A stretch of DNA of 55,939 bases, filler included, from Squatina squatina (Eukaryota), in NCBI GenBank assembly GCA_031763465.1. It is 3 parts of 2 records of this genome, joined end to end, with 100 filler letters (N's around TTAATTAATTAA, not from the genome) between each part and the next. Parts side by side here need not be neighbours in the genome. Positions count along the whole stretch, not along the records: positions 1 to 19,110 come from JARFOE010000004.1; 2 more parts are not named here. One strand, given 5' to 3'. Position 1 is the first letter of the stretch. Each line of letters starts with the position of its first letter. Made by a program: the position numbers and the translations under genes. This document shows positions 1 to 11,540 of the stretch, one piece after another. A model generated the notes under the pieces. The model saw nothing but the letters and a program-made list of their open reading frames with translations, was not told the DNA's origin and did not search any database.

Positions 1-180
1 AGACGATTCAACTTCTGCAGTGACTTTCCACAAATCTCTTCTCATCATTCTTGCTTTCCCCCTTCTCCCAGCCACAGGGAAGAGGCTTGCTGCCCTTCTC
101 ACAATTGCCTGTACAAGTGGCTACAGGTCTGCCTCACTGAAATGATCAGTCCTTGCACTGGGTTAACCTCTCTGGTCCAT
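1..180 (-). mobile_element. Decayed PIF/Harbinger Myb/SANT-like gene fragment
   Basis: Manual minus-strand translation MDQRG*PSARTDHFSEADL*PLVQAIVRRAASLFPVAGRR..., with two stops. It fits the FSD.xLE.LV..V.RR...LFP pattern of the other copies in this window. Confidence 0.65.
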
Positions 181-407
181 TTATAAATCTGAACAAAATG
201 ATTCCCAACAGCTCAAAAATATTCCCATCCTCCTCCTTAAGTGATCTAAGCAGTGCCAATGTGATGGAAGTGCCCCCTTTATGTACAAACATGGGGTGAT
301 AGATTAGTGGAAGCACTTGCTCTTTTGTTTAAACCCATAATTTCAAAAACAGTGATTAGCAAATGAACATTAAACTAAAAATGAAAACTTAACAAAAACC
401 CCGGTGC

Positions 408-530
408 TTAAATTGAAAGCCTATTGTCCCCGGTGAGGATGCACTCTAGTCCCCACGGTGCCCACTGGTCGCAGAAGGCCTCAAGCGTACCGGCGGACAC
501 CGTGTGCTCCCTCTCCAGGGACACCCGGGT
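408..530 (-). mobile_element. Tx1/L1-clade LINE ORF2 C-terminal fragment
   Basis: Translates to TRVSLEREHTVSAGTLEAFCDQWAPWGLECILTGDNRLSI*, resembling the end of Tx1-like ORF2 (F...W motif). Confidence 0.55.
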
Positions 531-3500
531 GTGTGTGCCATTCACACTACCACTTTTGCATTAAATGGCAGCTGCGTTCATTTACGTAACAGCAAAGCCA
601 CAGGAAATTCCCCCTCCCCTCTCCTCCCCTTCTTCACCATAGTGTAAGCCCCCAGCAGTAGGTACAATGTATGGCAAGAATTTGCAGTGTGCGAAATTAA
701 TGAGGCCGACGCTCAAGGTTTCGGTAGGGGAGCTGGATGTTGGGCAGGTGCATTGCAAACAGGGTGCACCAATCCCACTGCTGGATCAGAGAATCCATTC
801 CTGTGACTTGAGAGGCGGCAGACTCCAGTACATTAAGCAAAACAAAAGAACGTGAAAGGTAAGGAGTGCAGGTGGAGGAAGGCTTTGCTTTCCATTGATT
901 GCTCCTTTCTAATTGATTGCAAATGCTTACAACAAATTTTTACATAATTGTAACACGCCTGATCTATCACTGTCTTTCAATTACTAAACCCAAACCTTAT
1001 GTCCTTGTTGTGTATCACCATCTGCTCCTTCTGCTAGAAGCAATCAAAGTGACATCACAGAGGCCGTAGATACACATAAATAACAGCAGTAAATTTTTAT
1101 GTACACTTTAAGGAAAAAATTTGGAGATGAAATATAGACAAATGTTTTGACCCATGGATGAGAATCTTTTGTTCTGTTATGGTACGCATAGGAAAGCACT
1201 ATATTTAATGAACCTACTACAAATTGAAATTCCTTGTTTGTTTTAATATTGCTGGAGCAAAGACCGGAAAGATTTGAAGTTGTAGCATTCCCCTCACAGA
1301 AAAGGTTTGAACCATCTTTTTCATAAAGCAATGTTTTTAGCCCTGTTTTACCATGGGAACCAGGCAGCAGATTTTCCTCTTTGCCAGTGCAATTGATTGC
1401 ACTAGTCAAAGCAGCGTTTTAACATTTAAATTCCTCTTCCCCCCACCGCCTTGTTCCCTGTGGCTCACAGCAATCTTGGTCGCTAACACTCCAGCATTCC
1501 TTGCGCCCAGTGTTGCTAAGGAGAAAATGATGAGGGATATGTTGGATTGCGTATTCTTGTCAATTGCGTCTACTTACAAGGATTCTTCCCATATTTGAGC
1601 AAACATGAAACCCAAGTTACTTCTGGCAGGAAATCCCAGGAAATTACATGGATGGTGGGGAGCTGCCAAAATGATGTCCCACTCAATTTTTTTTCCTCTG
1701 CCTACCAACACAACTGAAAAGGAAGTGTGAAAACCCACCAGCCTTTTTCTGTAAGGGGAGTGCTTTGATTTCATTTATTTTACCACATTTCACAAGTTAG
1801 CCCCTGAACTATTAAGCCCAAAGCCATTCAGACCTTTGATGTAGGATGCCACCATTTGTAAGGACTGTAGAATTTTAAATACATTTTAAGACTGCCCAAA
1901 ACACACTTGGTTTAATCAGTTGCCTTCTTTTCATGGAAACCTGATATCTCGGGTCACCACTTAGTACCCATAGTTGCTTAGATAATGTAGGTTATAAGGC
2001 TACAGCCCAAGTGCATCCCAGAGTGATTCCATTTGTTTACATGGAAGTTGGCACTTTAGACCAGCCTACAGGCCGTTTTACACCCACCCTTCCTCATTCT
2101 GCAATGATTTCAAGAATTGTCTACAATTCACCGTGGCTTGGGGGCCTCTGGCCAGCACCTATACTTTTCTTTTTCATACCACATACGGGCCTCCCAATTG
2201 TGTGCTTTTGTCTGTCAGTTCTGTAGAAAAGATCCTTTTCCGTTCCTGGACTGATATGGACTGTAAATCGGATGATTATGTGAAATGTGTAACTTGCGAT
2301 TAGTTTTAAATGTGCTGCCTAGTTGACAAAGTCGTGCAAATAAATATAAAATGCTGAAAGTTTCATAAACAAAGCACCTCAAACAAACACTCAGGATTGG
2401 ACAGTTATACTGTGATATTGCACAACTAGATCTGTTGCCAAATGCTTAGAGTGATGAAGAGACCAGGCATCAAGGAAAGGCGCGTGGCGGTGGGTTCACA
2501 GCAGGGTCCTGACCCACTGGGGGAAAAAAACACTTTCCTACCCGACCCGCCACCGATCGCACCTGCTGACCACCACCCCCGCCTCCCCTCTGTCGAAAAA
2601 TCTCGGCCCAAATCTCACGTTCACCTCCAAACAGAACAGTACAGAAGCAGCAGAGGATAGAGCCTGATCAGGTTAAATCTAAATGTTTTTAACAATTCTT
2701 CAAGTCTGGAGCAAGTCTCAACTGGGATTAGGAGGAATAAAATAGAAAGGAGAACTGCACAGAAAATAGAAAGGAGTTCCTGCTGTGAACTCACTGCCAT
2801 GTGCCTTTACCAAATGTCGGGCCTGTCAGCACTGAACTGCACAGAAGATAAAGGGAACGACACCTGCCCCCCAGTTTTCCTTCAGAGAATCACCAGAGGT
2901 AAGTACTCAGATGCTTCTTTAGGGCAGTCGAGAGAGCATTCAAACTCCACAAAGCAAACTGTGTTCTCGGTTTTGACTCAAATTTGGAGAACTGATTTAC
3001 ATTGGCTCTTCCAAAACTGATCTTTACTTCCTGGTGTAAAAATGGTTTTAATTGTTTCTACATTCTGACATGAAGCCCACCAAAGTTCTTCTGACTGACT
3101 GCTAGGGGGTAATCTTGAATTTGTGCAATAGTGTAAAACGGGTGATATCTATTTTCCGTTTCANNNNNNNNNNNNNNNNNNNNNNNNNNNNNNNNNNNNN
3201 NNNNNNNNNNNNNNNNNNNNNNNNNNNNNNNNNNNNNNNNNNNNNNNNNNNNNNNNNNNNNNNTAATACATTAGACGTTAGGCATCAATGAAAAATCACA
3301 AATAGCAGTTGGCTTTGTCCTACAAAACCAGGAGTTTATCTGATTTATACTGTTAACATGCAAAATTCATCAGTCTTAAAGTGCAGATACAATTACATCC
3401 TGGAACACAGGTCACGACCAGAAATTGACAGTGGATTTTTACAAATAAATAACATAGCTTCCCATTGGAATAATACAAGGAAAAGAACTCTAAAAACCAG

Positions 3501-5104
3501 GAAGCAAAATCACATCCTACCTGCTAAAGAACTGTGTATCTCAGGTTACAGGTTGCACACACCTAATACATCTACCAATCTCAGTTAGTTTGTCATTTTA
3601 AGAATAACTCACCACAATTCACATTTGCTTAACTAAAGAGGCAGTACCACTTGATTTTTTCTCTACTTTTTCTGTCAAATGTATTGAAAACAAATTCTAT
3701 AAGAACACTTTTCAAAAACGTCTGTTGACCTTTTTGAAGCTGTTTTTGTGTTTTACAAAAGGAGGTTGACAGTTTTTCATAAAATGTCCTGTCCTTTCAA
3801 TAACCCTGTGCCAATTTTGTTACCAGGTTGAGTAAAGTGTGAGATATTAATGTCTATGTAAACTATTAAGGATTTTATTTTTGACATGTCTTATGAAATA
3901 AAACTAGTGATGGATGTCAGTACTGGGAAATCAAACACTTTTCCACTGATTATATCCAGTGGCAGTATATAGCACTCCTCAGTGAGCTACAACACAGCTA
4001 GATGCAGAGTTACAAGGTCCTTTAACCCTTACCTCTGAAGAGTGAAACCTAATGCATCAGTTTTTCTCCCCGTTTCCCATAGCAGCTATTCTTGTGACCT
4101 CCCTGAGTGAGATTGCCNNNNNNNNNNNNNNNNNNNNNNNNNNNNNNNNNNNNNNNNNNNNNNNNNNNNNNNNNNNNNNNNNNNNNNNNNNNNNNNNNNN
4201 NNNNNNNNNNNNNNNNNNNNNNNNNNNNNNNNNNNNNNNNNNNNNNNNNNNNNNNNNNNNNNNNNNNNNNNNNNNNNNNNNNNNNNCAACAGTATGGAAT
4301 CCCACTGTGTCACACAGCTGTCAACTGTTGGCAATTATCGAGTACAATTTTCTTAAGATGTTAAAAGAGACGTTGTCTCTTCGGTAACACTCATGAATCA
4401 TATTGCAGCTGCACAGCAGTCTCTCCCTCTCTCGTCTCTCTGTGTCTCTCTTAGATTTTGCTCTGAGTGAACTGAGCAAATCTGGAATTTACCCTGATCT
4501 AAGATTCAGTTGCCATAGTATAACCAAGTTTGAAGAAATACAACTTCCACTTTCTAATTTGATGTACAGAGCAAATACATTCAACAAAGCACAGCAAAAC
4601 ATTTTACAATAACAGATGGGAAATGAGTGCCCTTGTACGTTTGTTTTTACCCATCTTAATATTGTTCATCCTAGCAACAGAAATGTAAATTATACAGTTT
4701 GCAGCTGACAATGCAGCCTTTGTAATGTAATGAGTCCTTTATTACACTTCATTTTCACATTGATCAAAGAGAATGTACATTACATAACATTTGCATTGAT
4801 AACAAATGTTGTCATATTATACCTTTTAAATGTTGGAGAAGCTTATATTCAAGATATCTTTGAATAAACTNNNNNNNNNNNNNNNNNNNNNNNNNNNNNN
4901 NNNNNNNNNNNNNNNNNNNNNNNNNNNNNNNNNNNNNNNNNNNNNNNNNNNNNNNNNNNNNNNNNNNNNNAGATAATTATCCTTTTGTATTTGATTCTGT
5001 ACTCTGGTCATATTAAATTATGCAGTTCTTTTTAAAAGATCTTTAGAGGAATGCAATTTAATCATGAAGAATTATTGTCAGCGTGAATCGTCAGATGCCT
5101 ACAC

Positions 5105-5923
5105 TCACACAGCCTCGGCTGACGTCTCCGTGGAGACCGAGATGGCCACTTGAGCTACTTTTACAGTGCTTTTGATGCAGTTCCTGGCAGCTGCTTGCAT
5201 GGTGCCAGGATGATTCCCCTGTTTCTGTTGGCAGTCTGACTCCAGGCTGTTTTCCAGTGGCTGAGCTGATGCTCCCTTGCAGGAGCAGAACATACTGCGG
5301 AATGCATGCCTCAGATCTTTGCTCCTCAGAGCGTAGATAATAGGATTGACCGTTGAATTGAGTAAGCACAGCATACTGCAAAAGGCAAATATCGTCTTTA
5401 CCAGCTTGTTCATTTTCCCAAAGACGTCGTACACCATGATGGCAAGGAGAGGACCCCAGCAGATGATGAGGACCACAAGAATAAGGACAAGCGTCTTGGC
5501 CAATCGGATGTCCATGCGTGTTTGGTCAAGACGAACAGTTTGCACTTTGCCGCCCTCAGTCACCTGTACAATTATACTCTTCTGAGTGCCACGCTGGATC
5601 ATGCGGACAGCGTGAACATGGGCCTTCCACAAAATGTACACGTAGGCATAAATGATGAAAAGCAGCAAAATGCTAGTAACACCAATCCAGAACATCAGAT
5701 AAGTCTCGTCAATAAGCGGAAAGATGTCTGAGCAGACAGAGTTCAGTTTTTTACAGTTCCAGCCCAACAGAGGGAGGACGGCAATGATAATTGATATAGT
5801 CCACATAACAGTGAAAGCGACGACCGCCTTTGGCCGTGTAACAATCCTCTTATAGGCAAGGGGCTTGTGTATAGAGATGTATCGATCTATGGCTGTCAGG
5901 AAGAGGCTACCCACTGAAGCTGT
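5105..5923 (-). CDS. CNR1: Cannabinoid receptor 1, partial (mid-TM3 to stop; N-terminal ~200 aa absent)
   Basis: Open frame [19 protein letters not shown]...CWGP...[20 protein letters not shown]...[11 protein letters not shown]. It has the DRY, CWxP and NPxxY motifs and a CB1-type C-tail. The track's start Met is really an internal GTG valine. Confidence 0.97.
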   Translation of the reverse strand, partial: TASVGSLFLTAIDRYISIHKPLAYKRIVTRPKAVVAFTVMWTISIIIAVLPLLGWNCKKLNSVCSDIFPLIDETYLMFWIGVTSILLLFIIYAYVYILWKAHVHAVRMIQRGTQKSIIVQVTEGGKVQTVRLDQTRMDIRLAKTLVLILVVLIICWGPLLAIMVYDVFGKMNKLVKTIFAFCSMLCLLNSTVNPIIYALRSKDLRHAFRSMFCSCKGASAQPLENSLESDCQQKQGNHPGTMQAAARNCIKSTVKVAQVAISVSTETSAEAV

Positions 5924-6180
5924 GGCTGATGACCCCCTTCCGCATTATCAAATATGTACGAAAGGAAAGATACAACTGTGCACACATGTCTATGTGGCAA
6001 ATGGTGGAGAGAGATAATTGGAGTGCTTAAATCATACATCTGATGCCTGAACTGCTTGTGGTTGGAGGACTGTGGTATTTTACACTATTTTGCCTAGCAA
6101 AGTGGCAAAGATTGTGGTGGTCTGCTGCTTAGTGTAGAATTTTGTCCAGCAGAATGGGTTGCTCCTTAACCTGGCAGATG
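5923..6180 (+). mobile_element. Decayed Harbinger (HARBI1-like) DDE transposase, C-terminal fragment
   Basis: WLMTPFR...ERYNCAHMSMWQMVER/IGVLKSYI*CL...PSKVAKIVVVCCLV*NF matches the WLMTP..YN.AH..R..VER.IG.LK.RFRCL..CC.LHN motif, with frameshifts and stops. Confidence 0.85.
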
Positions 6181-6389
6181 AAATGCCAGTGGGGCTGGAG
6201 GATCCCCACTCCAGTGTCACTGGGCCCATGGGTGGTGCCCCTGTTGGGTTTAATGGATAGTTATTTATCTATACCCTTAATACAAAATCAGGCCCTAGAA
6301 AATACTGATGCATCTGATTGATATATTTTATTCATCAACTCATTGATATAACCCATTACATGCGGTGCCCTTGAGACTGAAAATAAGTC

Positions 6390-8125
6390 ATGTGCACTGA
6401 ACTCCAGCGAACTGAGGAGGGATCTGGTCCGGGTAAATTGGAGTTGAAGACTGGCAGGCAACAATGTAATACACCAATGGGTGGCCTTTAAAAACGAGAT
6501 GGTTTGGGTACAGTCTAGGTACATTCCACAAAAGGGAAAAGGGAGAGCAACCAAACCCAGAGCTTCCTGGATGATGGAGTTGGAGTATAGGATAAAGCAG
6601 AAAAACGGGGACAGATGTCAACTTGCTAATAAAGGAACAATCAGAGAAGAAGTGACAAAGGAAATAAGAGGAGTAAAGACTGTACGAGAATAGATTGGCA
6701 ACTAACATAAAGGGGAATCCAAAGGTCTTCTAGAGCCATATTTAACAGTAAAAGAATTGGCAGAGGAGCGGTGGGGCCGATTAGGGACCAAAATAGGGAA
6801 CTATTGGTGGAGGCAGAAGGCATGGCTGAGGTACTAAATCAGTACTTTGCATTGGTATTTACCAAAGAACGAGACTTTGCCAAAGCTATGGTAAACGAGG
6901 AGTTTGCTGGGATACTAGATGAGATAAATATAGATAAAGAGGAGGTACTGGAAAGGCTGGTGGTAGTTAAAGTGGATAAGTCACCCTGTCCGGATGGGAT
7001 GCATCCTACATTGGAAATAATGTTAGAAATTGCAATGGTGCTGGGCACAATCTTCCAATCCTCCTTAGATGGCTGGCTGTTTTTCAGACTGGAGGGATAT
7101 GTATAGTGGTATTCTCCAAGGTTCAGTGCTAGGACCATTGCTATTTTTGATGTATATTAATGACTTGGACTTAGTGGGGTACAGGGCACAATGTCAAAAT
7201 TTGCAGATGACATAACAACAACTTGTATTTATATAGCGCCTTTTAATGTAGTGAAATGTCCCAAGGCACTTCAGAGGGGTATTATGAGATTCAGAAGAAA
7301 CGACACCAAGCTGCATAAAGAGAAATTAGGGCAGATGACCAACAGCTTGGTCAAAGAGATAGATTTTAAGGAGAGTCTTGAAGGAGGAAGGAGAGGTTGA
7401 GAGATGAAGAGTTTTAGGCAGGGAATTCCAGAGCTTAGGGCCCAAGCAACTGAAGGCTCGGCCACCAGTGGTTGAGCGATTATAATCAGGGAAGCTCGAA
7501 GGCAGAATTAGAAGAGCGCAGACACAAAACCTGGAAGTGTAGTAAACAGTGAGGAAGATAGTAATAGACTTCAAGAAGACATAGGCAAGCTGGTGGAATG
7601 GATAGACACATGGCAGATGAAACTCAATGCAGAGAAATGTGAGGTGATTCATTTTGGTAGGAAAAATGAGGAAAAACTATACACACTGGTACAATTTTTA
7701 AAAGGTTGCAAGAACAGAGACCTGAGGGTGCTTGTGCACAAATCTTTGAAGGCAGCAGAACAGGTTAACAAAGCATGTGAGATCCTGGGGTTTATAAATA
7801 AAAGCATAGAGTACAAAAGCCAGGAAGTTATCATAAACCTATTTGAAACGCTAGTTCGGCCTCAGCTGGAGTTTTGTATCCAATACTGGGCACCACACTT
7901 CAGGAAGGACATGAAGGCTTTGGAGAGGGTATGAAAGAGATTATGGTCCCAGGGATGAGGGAATACAGTTGTGTGTATAGAACTAGGAAGCTGAGTTGTT
8001 TTCTTTGGAGCAGAGAAGGCCAAGAGATTTGATAGAAGTGTTTACAATCATGAAGGATTTAGATAGAGTAAATTAAGAGAAACTCCAATGGCTGAAGGTT
8101 CAATAACGAAAGAGCACAGATTTCT
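6390..8125 (+). mobile_element. Degenerate CR1 LINE ORF2 with internal deletions
   Basis: Peptides MAEVLNQYFALVFTKE, KVDKSPCPDGMHP, SKFADD, WQMKLNAEKCEVIHFG and LVRPQLEFCIQYWAPHFRKD occur in shifting frames. Confidence 0.92.
7213..7521 (-). mobile_element. L2-clade LINE 3' fragment nested in CR1
   Basis: GGRAFSCLGPKLWNSLP...SSFKTLLKIYLFDQA followed by the tail GGCGCTATATAAATACAAGTTGTTGTT. It interrupts the host FADD/TK. Confidence 0.8.
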
Positions 8126-8189
8126 CTCTTCTTACATGGCCTTCACTCTTTTATCTCATCTTGATACATATTTGGAAAATAGAAGTACA

Positions 8190-8605
8190 TGGTATTAAAA
8201 GAACAGTGGTAACTCGGGTGTGTAATTGGCTAAGAGATGGAGGCAGTGATTAGTGGTGAACAGATGTTATTTTGACTGTAGAGAAGTATGCAGTGGGGTC
8301 CCCCAGTGGTTGGTATTAGGACATCGGTTTTCTTGTTATATATAAACGACCTGGACTTGGGTATAGGAAGTACAATTTCAAAATGATACAAAACTTGGCA
8401 ACAGTAAATAGTGAGCAGGATATCAGCTTTCAGGAAGACACAGACAGACACATGGCAGATTCAATTTAATGCTGATAAGTGTGAAGTGATGCACTTTGGG
8501 AGGAACAATGTGGAGTGACGGTATAATCTCAATGGTACTATTTTGAGGTGGGTACAAGAGCAAAGGGACCTGGGTTGCATATTCACAAATCTTTTAAATG
8601 GCAGG
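8190..8605 (+). mobile_element. CR1 RT fragment
   Basis: Degenerate GVPQ-type, YINDLD and WQ..FNADKCEVMHFG motifs. Confidence 0.8.
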
Positions 8606-10979
8606 NNNNNNNNNNNNNNNNNNNNNNNNNNNNNNNNNNNNNNNNNNNNNNNNNNNNNNNNNNNNNNNNNNNNNNNNNNNNNNNNNNNNNNNNNNNNNNN
8701 NNNNNAGTTATCGTTCTGTGCCTCCATGCAAACGCAACGCCAGATGATGAATCTCAGCTGGAAATGAACCTTACTCGGTTAAAAAAAACTGTTTTTCATG
8801 AATAATACTAAATTACTATAAATTGGGTCAGGAGGTTCTCAGTTTAGTTTTGTGCTGTCTCCTAATGCCAAATGATGAAGAGAAAATGCACTTCACTGAA
8901 TTAATAGATATCAATGATTACAGTATGGGTGGAAGATGTAGAACAAATAGTATTGCAAAGTGTTTTTCAGCTGATTAGATCGAGCAATATATAAAAATTT
9001 GGATTATTACTCTATATGAATGTACATTGCATTGTGAAGAATATATTGCAAAAGACGATGTGAAGCTTTATTCTTCTGGCGGCATTTCAAAAGGCATTAC
9101 CCTTTTGTAAATCCTATGGTTCTAACATAATTCAGCGCATACCACAGCATCGAGGGTCTGCAGCCACTCAACTGACGCCAAGTACAATTTTTGAAGCCCT
9201 TTTTTGCTCTTTCAGTCTACACCATCACCGTCATCCGTCAGTTTAGGTTGTCTTGTATTTATTGGTATTAACAGCGATTAACAAGTTTTATAATTATCTA
9301 CAGGTTTAAATGGGCAATGGACTCGATTATATCCCTCTTGGCAACTCTTCCTCCAGAATTCTCATGGGCACCGATGTTATGAAGTAAATTCAGCGCTCCT
9401 TCAGTATTGAGTGTTCAAAGTTTTCCTATTGTGCGTGCATCCTGCGTTTTTTTTTAAAAGTAGTCTATTTTAATATACATATGTGCATATAGTCAAACTA
9501 ATAACCATATTTGGATGTTACGTGAGCTGCCTTAAATTGCCAGTCGTGAAAGATGTTATTCTTTTCAATCACGATGATTGATGTGCGTCTGTGGCAACTC
9601 ACAAACTTGCGCGCCTTGCCAGGACAGTCGATACTGTTTAGAACTAATCAGTGATAATATAGGGCCAGTCCATTAGAGCTCAGTCAGCCATCCGGCCAGT
9701 GGCAAGCTGTCCGTTGATTTTTAAGAGAAGCAAGAATCATTAAATTGTTAAAAAAAAATGACACAGAGAGATATCAAATACAATGTTACTCATGTTAATT
9801 GCTGGTAGCTTGTCTGATGTAGATTTTTTTTTTGTTTAAAATGTCATCCAATCTCTTTGGTTTTATTAAGGCCGATGGGCGGCTCGCCCACTCATTCAGT
9901 GGCTGAATGATCATTGCCAAAATCCGATCATGTGATGATTGATTGTTTTGGTGACATGAAACATTTGGCTCCAGACTGAATTGCTTGAAGTGACGGAGTG
10001 CATTAAGTGGAGTATAGTTGCATGTAGGAGGTGATTTTCCCAATAACATCTAACATTTTCCTTTCGGTTTAATATTTGCACAATATAGCTTGAAAAATCT
10101 GTATTTTACAAGCAACAAGACTCATTCTTCCATTATAAGGAGAGCATNNNNNNNNNNNNNNNNNNNNNNNNNNNNNNNNNNNNNNNNNNNNNNNNNNNNN
10201 NNNNNNNNNNNNNNNNNNNNNNNNNNNNNNNNNNNNNNNNNNNNNNNACCTCTATTGGAGTGTCAAATACTTCCATGTGCAGACGGATTGTTACATTCCA
10301 CCAGCAATTTTCATCTGTAGGATTTCTATTGGTTTCATTTTTAATGTGCACATTGTTTCACACTTTTACTTACTGCTGCTGTAACTTGAATGCATTATTT
10401 ACCCATGCTGTTCTGTGTCTGTATGAACTTACCATACCTACTTGAGATTTTACATATTGATTGTTTTCCCAAATTACGTGTAAAAGGTTTCCTTTCACTT
10501 CCGTTCAGAAATGGTGCACAGGGTTATTGGTTTGCCATGTCCAAAATCAATCGAACTTCTGGTGTCAAATTTCTCAATATCCTGACTCTNNNNNNNNNNC
10601 CTGAGAATTCTTATTTTTATGAAGACATTCCATTCAGAATTAAACTGGGAAGGAATATCAATAATTCTTTTTTTTAATGCTTTGCTTGTGCATTTAATAA
10701 TGCCAGACATGGTAAAAAGAAAATAATATGTTACCTGATATCATAATTGAACTCAAAAGCCATGCTGTACATAATTATAGACAAACATCACTATGTTTTT
10801 CACAGAATGTTAAAATACACTGAAATAAACCACTCTGATTTGCAAAGTAGATGTGGTGGATATCATTTTCAGAGANNNNNNNNNNNNNNNNNNNNNNNNN
10901 NNNNNNNNNNNNNNNNNNNNNNNNNNNNNNNNNNNNNNNNNNNNNNNNNNNNNNNNNNNNNNNNNNNNNNNNNNNTGTG

Positions 10980-11540
10980 TCTTTGTTGTAACCTGGAGAC
11001 CAGAACTGTGCACAGTGCTCCATGTGTGATCTAACCAAGGTTCTATATAAGTTTAACATTACTTCTCTACTTTTCAATTCTACTCCTCCTAGAAATGAAC
11101 CTTGGTGCTTTGTTTATGGCCTTATTAACCTACATTGCTACTTTTACTGATTTATGACTGTGTACCCCTGGATCCCTTTACTCCTCTATCCCATTTAGAC
11201 TCTTATTTTCCAAGGAGTATGTGGTGGCCTTATCCCTCTTACTAAACTGCTTCGCCTCACACTTATCGATATTGAAATCCATTTGCCACTTAAACACCCA
11301 TTCTGTAAGCTTATTGACATTGTGCTGTATTTTGTTGCAGTCTTTCACAGTATCAACTGTGCACTCTCATCTGTAAATTTTAAAATGGTTCTTCTGATTC
11401 TCGAGGTCAAATCATATATGTAAATAATGAAGTGGTCCCAACACCGATCCTCGTGGAACATCACTTCACGCCTTCCATAAGTCTGAGAAACTACCTTTTA
11501 ACCTCTACCTTTTGTTTTCTACCCAGCTTGCTGTCCATTC
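10980..11540 (-). mobile_element. CR1 RT fragment
   Basis: KSREVMLNLYRTLVRSHMEHCAQFWSPGYNKD plus an upstream VPRGSVLGP motif. Confidence 0.8.
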
